From IMG/VR virus record IMGVR_UViG_3300029922_000001, positions 372,001 through 436,000 of that record: 64,000 nt of DNA; one strand, given 5' to 3'. The position numbers were made by a program, and so were the translations under genes. The notes beneath the pieces were generated by a model. The model was not told the origin of the DNA. It saw only the letters and a list, made by a program, of their open reading frames with translations, and ran no database searches. Numbering within the stretch: position 1 is the first letter of the stretch; each line of letters begins with the position of its first letter. Below are positions 57,522 through 64,000 of the stretch, in pieces.

Positions 57522-57926
57522 ATGAAGTCTCGAAAGAAAATTCATTGGATATCAATTACGGAAATTTTAAGCACTTGGGGAAGTTGTGATAGCGAATGTG
57601 CTGGAGAAAACTACCCTGACAATAAGATGCTTACTGAATCAGAATGGCAAGTACTTCTAGATTACAAACGTAAAGAACTTAAATATAAAGAACTCTATGA
57701 GATTATTAAAAAAGAGGGTTTTAATGAGCCACTTGTCTTTTGCAATAATTGGGGAAGAATACTCCATCTAGATGGTCATCATCGTTTAACTGTTGCTATT
57801 GATTTAGGATATAAATACATTCCCTATATCAAACGATCTAAAGTAAAAGATATTTGGGTGGATTTTTATGAGGATTTTAGTCACTTTAATTTTGCTCATC
57901 CTGAAAATCCCCAACCAATAAATTAA
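57522..57926 (+). CDS. ParB/Srx-like paralog B
   Basis: WISITEI...EGFNEPL...DGHHRLTVAIDLGYKYIP. Confidence 0.75.
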   Translation: MKSRKKIHWISITEILSTWGSCDSECAGENYPDNKMLTESEWQVLLDYKRKELKYKELYEIIKKEGFNEPLVFCNNWGRILHLDGHHRLTVAIDLGYKYIPYIKRSKVKDIWVDFYEDFSHFNFAHPENPQPIN

Positions 57927-57941
57927 AGGTATACTCTATTC

Positions 57942-58241
57942 ATGGATACAGTTAAAGAACAGAATGAAGTGTTTGATGAACACGTTAGTAGACAACTTAA
58001 ATCAAGGCTTACCTTTGGTCTTAAAGCGTGGATTCTACTTGAAGTTACCCGAAATACCAGTGGATTAGTAGACCTTGAAGGTTATCCTTGGCATGAGTTT
58101 CGGAATCCTTTTGATATCTACATGAGCGATGTTGAAGAGTTTGGGCAAAAGATTGGCGTCTTGAGTCTATATGAAGATCAAACTTATCACATTAATGATG
58201 CCAAACGTCATGAACTGCTTGAATGGATGGAATACGCATAA
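57942..58241 (+). CDS. hypothetical protein
   Basis: Leaderless behind class-B promoter. Confidence 0.7.
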   Translation: MDTVKEQNEVFDEHVSRQLKSRLTFGLKAWILLEVTRNTSGLVDLEGYPWHEFRNPFDIYMSDVEEFGQKIGVLSLYEDQTYHINDAKRHELLEWMEYA

Positions 58242-58275
58242 TCCCCAATACTTGAACTAGAGGTATACTCTATTC

Positions 58276-58686
58276 ATGTCAAGGTTAATTGAACGAATAG
58301 AGTGGATTTCCATCGAAGATATTACCGAAAATGGTTGGGGTAGTGTTGATAGTAAAGAAATTGATATTGATTTTCAAAGATACATTATGCTTAACGAAAG
58401 AGAATGGAAACAACTTCTTGACTTGAAGCGGGAAGATAAAAAGTACCCCAAACTTCTAGCTAGTGTTAAGGCAAATGGCTTATTAGTGCCAGGTAATTAC
58501 ATTATCCACGAGGGAATGTATTTTCACGGCAATGGTCATCACCGCCTAGCGGCGGCAATTGATTTAGGTTTCAAAAGACTACCTTATATTCAAGTACCAG
58601 GACCTAGACAACTTGCATGGCATTGGAGTAAGAAGATGTTTGAAAAAGCAAATTTAATGGAATATGCTCATGGATTTCCCCAATGA
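58276..58686 (+). CDS. ParB/Srx-like paralog C
   Basis: WISIEDI...NGHHRLAAAIDLGFKRLP. Confidence 0.75.
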   Translation: MSRLIERIEWISIEDITENGWGSVDSKEIDIDFQRYIMLNEREWKQLLDLKREDKKYPKLLASVKANGLLVPGNYIIHEGMYFHGNGHHRLAAAIDLGFKRLPYIQVPGPRQLAWHWSKKMFEKANLMEYAHGFPQ

Positions 58687-58713
58687 GAAAATCGAAGGTA
58701 TACTTAACACAAC

Positions 58714-58977
58714 ATGAAGAACATGACGAATTTTAAGAACATTCTCGCCACTGCCAACTCTTTCACCGCGAAGCGATCTCGTGGTAATGCCGCTCTCAAG
58801 GGACTTCTCGCTTTGGTAGTCATTGCGGTAGTTATTTTCCTGTGCTACATTGGTCCGATTTGGACAATCGGCGCTCTCAACCTCCTGTTTGGACTCCATA
58901 TTGCGGTAACGCTTCAGACTTGGCTTGCTACCTTATGGCTTATGATTGTAGTCGCCGCTAAGAACTACAGCAAGTAA
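58714..58977 (+). CDS. membrane protein
   Basis: TM segments; visibly higher GC; followed by a terminator. Confidence 0.7.
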   Translation: MKNMTNFKNILATANSFTAKRSRGNAALKGLLALVVIAVVIFLCYIGPIWTIGALNLLFGLHIAVTLQTWLATLWLMIVVAAKNYSK

Positions 58978-58995
58978 ATCACCTTTGACAAAATC

Positions 58996-59028
58996 GAAAG
59001 GGTACCCGATGGTACCCTTTCTCTATTT
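58996..59028 (+). terminator. intrinsic terminator
   Basis: GAAAGGGTACC-CGAT-GGTACCCTTTC. Confidence 0.8.
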
Positions 59029-59063
59029 GTCCCCAATAAAAGAATTAGAGGTATATTTAGATC

Positions 59064-59519
59064 ATGCTTGAATCGAAGATTAAATGGAGAGATGCATTTG
59101 GTAACGAAGGTTATCATAGAGATGTAAAAGTTGCATACGTTCATCAACATGGCAACTTCACCGCTTTTGTGTATCCTACTGGAAAACCTTCTTATGCATC
59201 ACCACTAGATCAAATTAAGTCCTCTGTCAGAAATATTGAAGAAGGAAAATTGTGGTGTGAACAAAATTTTGACATTGATGTTTTCGAAAAAGCAAACTTA
59301 ATACCTTTGTGTTTTTCAGAAACCCATAGAGCTATTATGGTGGAAAAAAGAGAAGTCTATATTCCTACATTTGGGATAGTTTGGATTAACGAAAATCGAA
59401 CAGATCAGATTGTGGAAATTACAAAAACTTCGAATTTACTCACTCTAGAACAATATCAAGAACGATATCCAGATACAATATTATTGGGTTATGGTCGTCG
59501 GATTTATAATCCCCAATAG
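59064..59519 (+). CDS. hypothetical protein
   Basis: Leaderless; ends YNPQ*. Confidence 0.75.
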   Translation: MLESKIKWRDAFGNEGYHRDVKVAYVHQHGNFTAFVYPTGKPSYASPLDQIKSSVRNIEEGKLWCEQNFDIDVFEKANLIPLCFSETHRAIMVEKREVYIPTFGIVWINENRTDQIVEITKTSNLLTLEQYQERYPDTILLGYGRRIYNPQ

Positions 59520-59543
59520 AAAAATTTGAGGTATACTAGCATC

Positions 59544-59918
59544 ATGAACGTAATTCACACTTATCGACAGAACCTTAAAGAGATTGCCACAGAAGGTGAA
59601 ATTCTCATTAGCCTTTGGCGAATGGCTCACCGATCTGACTACATTCCGCGATTTGGTATCGAACACTATAAGCTAACCATTACAGAAATTTGGGTACAGC
59701 TTGATGTTCTCTATCGAACTTATGGTATCAATTATAATCCTGATATTCGATTCCGATATCTGGAAGATTATTACTTTCATGAAATTGATGCAATGAATTT
59801 TGAGTTCTCAGTTTCTTATGATCCAGATGACGAACTCAGTAAGATAAAGTGTGTGACTACTGCACTTTTATCACAGCTATATGGTAAGCCTTGTTATTTC
59901 TTGATCCCACAAGAGTAA
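59544..59918 (+). CDS. hypothetical protein
   Basis: Leaderless behind class-B promoter. Confidence 0.75.
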   Translation: MNVIHTYRQNLKEIATEGEILISLWRMAHRSDYIPRFGIEHYKLTITEIWVQLDVLYRTYGINYNPDIRFRYLEDYYFHEIDAMNFEFSVSYDPDDELSKIKCVTTALLSQLYGKPCYFLIPQE

Positions 59919-59924
59919 AAGAGT

Positions 59925-59951
59925 AACCGGAGAGAATCCGGTTTTCTTTTT
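59925..59951 (+). terminator. intrinsic terminator
   Basis: AACCGG-AGAGAAT-CCGGTT plus T tract. Confidence 0.75.
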
Positions 59952-60066
59952 GCTTCCACGATTCATAATTCCTATATATTAGTGTATAGATGCATAGGAA
60001 TTATGAAAATGGGGAAATAATGATCAGTAAAAATCCCCAATGATCAAAAATGAGGTATACTAAGAT

Positions 60067-60468
60067 CGTACAAGACGGTAAGGTGGCTGAAAGGAAATCC
60101 CCAAAAGTCTATAAACTAATTTAGAATTGAATACATATAGTAACTTTCAGGGTGTGCGGTGACGGGTTAAAATCGTACACACCTTTCAATGTACACGATA
60201 AATCTTTGTGGCTCAACGAATAAGATGCAGTGAGAGTTTTATCCCGTTTTAGAATCTACCCTAGTGAATAAGGTCAAAATCCCCAATGAGATGGCAAATC
60301 TCCCAGATAAGGTAATCCATGTATATCCATGATATGATCGTTGACCACGTATCGTCTAAATGTGTAAAGAACTGATGAAGATCCTTTAGCCCATTTATGG
60401 GTTATAAATAGAAAGGTAATGAGGGTTGTTGTGCGGCTTAAATCGTATAGTCAGCCCTTTAACTTTTT
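60067..60468 (+). ncRNA. candidate ~400-nt structured non-coding RNA
   Basis: Class-B promoter with no ORF behind it; several hairpins; 5'/3' complementarity; terminator-like 3' hairpin 60421-60468. Confidence 0.65.
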
Positions 60469-60503
60469 ATCCCCAATAAAAGAATTACAGGTATACTCCA
60501 ATT

Positions 60504-60692
60504 ATGAGATTCAAGACAACAGTTAGCAAGTTTGAGAATGGTGAATGGACTATCATTGAGGGTTCAGTTTATCGTAATTGGTCAAAGCAACCAACTGAGA
60601 AAATGATCAGCAATGCAATTGCCAGTATCTTGAAAGACCTACAGACTATCATTCCTGGTTTTAGGGAATATGGAGTGGAGAAGATCATTTAA
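60504..60692 (+). CDS. hypothetical protein
   Basis: Leaderless behind class-B promoter. Confidence 0.7.
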   Translation: MRFKTTVSKFENGEWTIIEGSVYRNWSKQPTEKMISNAIASILKDLQTIIPGFREYGVEKII

Positions 60693-60920
60693 GAATCCCC
60701 AATAGGGGAATTAAGGTATACTCTAAATGTGATGAATAGTTATCATCCAAAAAGATAAGGGTTTAAGTTTATTTTTGCAAAAGCTGTACGTTGGTTAGTA
60801 ACCAATAAAAGAATATTCTAATAACTAAAGAAGAAAGATTGATAGAGTAGCGTCTATTAAAATAAATGTATATCCTTATCACATTTTCCCCAACACTCAA
60901 ATTAGAGGTATACTATATCC

Positions 60921-61169
60921 ATGAAAACATACAATCTTGGAGATTTGGTTATTGTCAAAGGAACAACGAATAATCCATATGTAACTGGTGGAATTTCAGG
61001 ACCTGATAGAGCAAGGGTCATAAACTCTCTAAAAGAGCAAAAGACAGTAAGTGACGATTATGAATTCTGGATTGCTCCTACTAATGGTGGTGCATTTAAA
61101 GTGCAACAGCATCTTATCTCTTTCCAAAATCCAATAGTGTTGCAGATTCATGCTCAAAATCCCCAATAA
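60921..61169 (+). CDS. hypothetical protein
   Basis: Leaderless; ends QNPQ*. Confidence 0.7.
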   Translation: MKTYNLGDLVIVKGTTNNPYVTGGISGPDRARVINSLKEQKTVSDDYEFWIAPTNGGAFKVQQHLISFQNPIVLQIHAQNPQ

Positions 61170-61193
61170 AAGAATTAGAGGTATACTAGAAAC

Positions 61194-61577
61194 ATGGAAA
61201 ACTTTAATCAGAAACTTCAAGACTTTCTCGCTCTAGCTGAAAAGGAAACTCAACACCGAATGCATATGGAAGGTTATGACAGTCTTCTAGCAAGTGCGGA
61301 AAAGGCAGGACGACGGGCATACTATTACTTTACCTGTGAACCAGGATTGAAGTTTGTCAAAGTGTGGAAAGAAGCACAAGGTGACAAGTTTATTCACAGT
61401 TTTGTTGAAAAAAATACTGGAATCATCTATGGCGCGGATAGTTGGAAGAAACCCAATTTTAAGAGAGCATACGGCACTCTAGACACCATTAATGATTGGT
61501 ATTGGGGTGATTATTACGGGGTAAGTAAGACAGGGGTTAATACACTAGTACCAAAAGAAAAGCGTCGTAAGCCTTGA
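61194..61577 (+). CDS. hypothetical phage protein
   Basis: KFVKVW...FIHSFV...TG.IY.A.SWKKP. Confidence 0.75.
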   Translation: MENFNQKLQDFLALAEKETQHRMHMEGYDSLLASAEKAGRRAYYYFTCEPGLKFVKVWKEAQGDKFIHSFVEKNTGIIYGADSWKKPNFKRAYGTLDTINDWYWGDYYGVSKTGVNTLVPKEKRRKP

Positions 61578-61615
61578 TAAATCCCCAATAGGGGGAATTA
61601 AGGTATACTACCGGT

Positions 61616-61846
61616 ATGGAAAACTTCAATACCGGTGGGTCTGTTTCTCTAGCCGCTTTACATCAACGTCAAGCGGCTACTAAGGCTTTATTAGAGTCGT
61701 TGTATGGTGAAGTCTTAGCTAAAAAGGTTCACACTGATCGTAAATATTTAAATTTACTATTACATGTTCTTGATTCTGATGGTAAAGATCTAGAAGCAGT
61801 GGAGAATTTACGTACAATGCTTGAAAAGGATCTGGTATACTACTAA
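61616..61846 (+). CDS. hypothetical protein
   Basis: Leaderless behind class-B promoter. Confidence 0.7.
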   Translation: MENFNTGGSVSLAALHQRQAATKALLESLYGEVLAKKVHTDRKYLNLLLHVLDSDGKDLEAVENLRTMLEKDLVYY

Positions 61847-61995
61847 CATGAGTGACGCAAGAATCGAATAGATTGGTTTAATCTGTGGAACCTTAATTGC
61901 AGCATTGGCTGCTGGCTTTGGATTGAATATCCTTTTAGCTTTGATTTTAGGTCTTTAAAAATACCCAATAAGAAAATCGAAGGTATACTCTATAT

Positions 61996-62313
61996 ATGAA
62001 ACAACATGAACTGTATGATGAACTATGTTTGACTGAAGCATCACAAGCAGAAGGACTTAGCTTTGATGTTGGTTTTCATTCAGATTTAATTGAATTATAT
62101 AGACTTGATGTTAAATCTGAGTTTAGATGGCAAGGACGCGCTACTAGATTCTTAAAGGAATTAACTGCAATTGCTGATAGGAATAATTTACCTATTGAGT
62201 TAGAAGTTGGTTCTGGTACTGATGAAATAGACATAGTAGAGGATCTTCCAGCTTTTTACAATAAGTTTGGTTTCGAGTGGGTGGATACTTATATGCGTAG
62301 AATCCCCCAATAA
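61996..62313 (+). CDS. minimal GNAT-like protein
   Basis: LYRLDVKSEFRWQGRATRFLKEL...AD...LPIEL...FYNKFGF. Confidence 0.7.
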   Translation: MKQHELYDELCLTEASQAEGLSFDVGFHSDLIELYRLDVKSEFRWQGRATRFLKELTAIADRNNLPIELEVGSGTDEIDIVEDLPAFYNKFGFEWVDTYMRRIPQ

Positions 62314-62337
62314 AAAAATTAGAGGTATACTCTAAAT

Positions 62338-62571
62338 ATGAACATTCTAAAGAAGATTCTCAAAGCTATTGGATGTAAACAATCTACGCTTTGTAAATTT
62401 GGTTATCATACACTAGCTTGGTATTCAAAAGCTGATTGTGAAATGTATTTCATTCAGAAGCGCAAATTTGGTCCTTTAGTAGAGTGCGGTTGTTGTCGTA
62501 AGATTTTACATATTGAAGAAGTTAACGTTGATGAGGTTGAGTATCTTCATGGATTATATCCAATAAATTAA
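62338..62571 (+). CDS. hypothetical protein
   Basis: Leaderless behind class-B promoter. Confidence 0.65.
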   Translation: MNILKKILKAIGCKQSTLCKFGYHTLAWYSKADCEMYFIQKRKFGPLVECGCCRKILHIEEVNVDEVEYLHGLYPIN

Positions 62572-62611
62572 GAATTATCCCCAATAGGAATTTTAAAGGT
62601 ATACTCTAAAC

Positions 62612-62977
62612 ATGAAAGTTTTAATATCTGATGATGACCAAAATCTTTTAGATAGTATGGTTCGCTATTTAGAGCGTTATGATATCGAAGTACATGGTTT
62701 TCTTTACAATGATCTTGCTATGAATGATCTTGAGGCAGGTTTTACACCTGACTTCATTTTGACAGATTATGACTATGGTTGCGGACGACGAAATGGAGTA
62801 GATTATATTAAAGCACTTAGGTCAAAACATTTTACTGTACCTATCGCTTTAGTTTCAGGTTCAAGTAAACAACAATTAATGAAGGAAATCGAAGGTATTG
62901 ACAATGTTGTTGTAATTGAAAAATCAATGAATTTATGTAAAATGATTTTTAGGTTTCTTAATTTAAATCCCCAATAG
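62612..62977 (+). CDS. stand-alone response-regulator receiver (CheY-like)
   Basis: VLISDDD; ILTD phospho-site; VSG; IEK. Confidence 0.85.
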   Translation: MKVLISDDDQNLLDSMVRYLERYDIEVHGFLYNDLAMNDLEAGFTPDFILTDYDYGCGRRNGVDYIKALRSKHFTVPIALVSGSSKQQLMKEIEGIDNVVVIEKSMNLCKMIFRFLNLNPQ

Positions 62978-63001
62978 GAATTTTAGAGGTATACTCTAAA
63001 C

Positions 63002-63202
63002 ATGATTAAAAAGACTCTTCGACAAGGATTCATTGTTGACAAGCACGGTGTTCAACGATGGTATAAGGATGATTTTATGCATAATCTTAATGGTCCTGCG
63101 GCTGTTTTCCCTGATGGTAGGGTAGCTTACTACATTAACGGTACACGAATTCCACGTAAGACGTTCGGACAAATGCTGGCTAAAGCAAGGAAAAAGAAGT
63201 AA
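63002..63202 (+). CDS. MORN-variant-like small protein
   Basis: RWYK...HNLNGPAAVFPDG..AYYING. Confidence 0.65.
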   Translation: MIKKTLRQGFIVDKHGVQRWYKDDFMHNLNGPAAVFPDGRVAYYINGTRIPRKTFGQMLAKARKKK

Positions 63203-63429
63203 TGCCAGAAACCCCACCGCCAATTACAAGTATGCAACTTCAAGCTTTTTGCTTACTATTTCAACAATCTCTTACTTAATGTATTGGGGAACAAATTCGA
63301 AACAAGATACTTGTTTTCTTGTTCTTACTATTGCATTTTTGGTGTTGGGTCTAAGTGTACTTATGTGCAAATACCTGATACCACCAGACTAGTTTTCCCC
63401 AATAAGAAAATCGAAGGTATACTCTTTTC

Positions 63430-63864
63430 ATGGCTAATTTTCCTACTCTGCAAGACGTGCATTGGGTTTCAATTGAAGAGATTTTAAACTCTTGGCTTTC
63501 AATTGATAGTAAAGCACTTAAAACATCTACGGACATTTCAAAAGAGTTGACCTATAAAGAATGGGAGATACTACTTACAAGAAAACGTGAAGAGTGTGAA
63601 TATGAAGAGATTAGACCTATCATTGAACAAGAGGGGTTTAGAATGCCTTTGGTTTACGAAATTCAAGATCGAACTGGAAAATTCTGTCATTGTCAGGGAC
63701 ATCATAGACTAGCTTGTGCAATAGATTTAGGATATAAATATTTGCCATACGTTCATTATCAATGGGCTGATGGTGGTTGTTGGCACATTGCTGATTTTGA
63801 GTGGGATACATTAATCCATCCTGAAAATCCCCTGCCTACTAATCCAATTTTGACTGATAAATAA
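63430..63864 (+). CDS. ParB/Srx-like paralog D
   Basis: WVSIEEI...QGHHRLACAIDLGYKYLP; tail LIHPENPLPTNP shared with paralog A. Confidence 0.75.
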   Translation: MANFPTLQDVHWVSIEEILNSWLSIDSKALKTSTDISKELTYKEWEILLTRKREECEYEEIRPIIEQEGFRMPLVYEIQDRTGKFCHCQGHHRLACAIDLGYKYLPYVHYQWADGGCWHIADFEWDTLIHPENPLPTNPILTDK

Positions 63865-63901
63865 AAATCCCCAATGGGGAAAACCGAGGTATACTTAGAA
63901 C

Positions 63902-64000
63902 ATGAAAACACTTTCAACACAGACAAGAGATCGAAAAGGACTACTCACTGCTTACGGATTTGTCGATGGTGGCACCGAAACAAGACAAAAGGATAATACA
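63902..64000 (+). CDS. 5' part of a gene running off the window
   Basis: Leaderless ATG behind class-B promoter. Confidence 0.6.
   Translation, partial: MKTLSTQTRDRKGLLTAYGFVDGGTETRQKDNT

Larger units (their letters stand above)
28278..60017. repeat. Class-C bipartite repeat TAGTGTATAGAT-N17-ATGGGGAAA (6 copies)
   Basis: + strand: 28278-28315, 41341-41378, 48183-48220, 53386-53423, 59980-60017; - strand: 35342-35379; spacer 17 nt in all. Confidence 0.85.
901..63894 (+). promoter_or_regulatory. Class-B repeated promoter family CCCCAA-N13-GGTATACT (~75 copies, hand count)
   Basis: Invariant 13-nt spacer checked at ~903, 2491, 9331, 41565, 43261, 45527 and 56945. About 15 copies lie in 0.9-21.1 kb, none in 21.1-28.5 kb and about 60 in 28.5-64 kb. 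ATG usually follows TATACT by 6-7 nt. Confidence 0.9.

Noticed and set aside
2990-59543. Shared N-terminal peptide MRYT(K/L/S) in many track ORFs (2990, 13186, 35425, 36412, 47043, 48765, 56550, 59526)
   Set aside because: Artefact: TTG AGG TAT ACT is the promoter read in frame. The real ATG is 18-21 nt downstream.
60067-60468. RNase P RNA or hammerhead ribozyme (CTGATGA at 60372)
   Set aside because: The P4 pairing is imperfect and P2/P3 are absent between P1 and the AGGAAA segment. The hammerhead stem II/GAAA register does not close.
551-63536. Most minus-strand and alternate-frame ORFs in the track (e.g. 551-787, 4754-5110, 8797-9081, 21426-21797, 22606-23016, 53571-53873)
   Set aside because: Shadows of + strand genes or products of tandem repeats, with no promoter, motif or homology support. 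Only 16525-17220 and 28372-28491 are accepted on the minus strand.
901-63894. CRISPR array or integron attC interpretation of the repeats
   Set aside because: Inter-repeat segments are whole genes of variable length, not 30-40-nt spacers. I noticed no GTTRRRY/RYYYAAC core in the elements, and no Cas gene or integron integrase is in the window.
1-64000. Stop-codon recoding (alternative genetic code)
   Set aside because: Long recognisable genes (rIIA, ligases, RuvB, sigma) are intact in code 11, and TAA, TAG and TGA all end genes at cassette borders.

Overview
AT-rich, densely packed, almost entirely + strand segment of a large (jumbo-type) dsDNA phage genome. It carries rIIA/rIIB, two RNA ligases, a RuvB-like ATPase, a sigma factor, Nudix, GNAT and ParB-like paralogs, one tRNA-Arg and more than 100 small hypothetical ORFs. 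No structural or replication core genes are visible. The dominant unexplained structure is one fixed-geometry element, (AAAT)CCCCAA-N13-GGTATACT ('class B'), about 75 copies by hand count. It sits about 6-7 nt upstream of the ATG, so most genes look like self-contained, leaderless promoter-ORF cassettes. Neighbouring copies are often identical across the variable spacer, and the element often supplies the upstream gene's last codons and stop. Other candidates: a second bipartite repeat (TAGTGTATAGAT-N17-ATGGGGAAA, 6 copies), four tRNA-shaped RNAs with abnormal or greatly expanded arms (16.2-17.9 kb) split by an antisense Vsr-like endonuclease, a ~400-nt promoter-driven non-coding RNA (60.07-60.47 kb), and an origin-like repeat region (21.6-23.7 kb). 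All calls come from reading motifs by eye; no database search was run.
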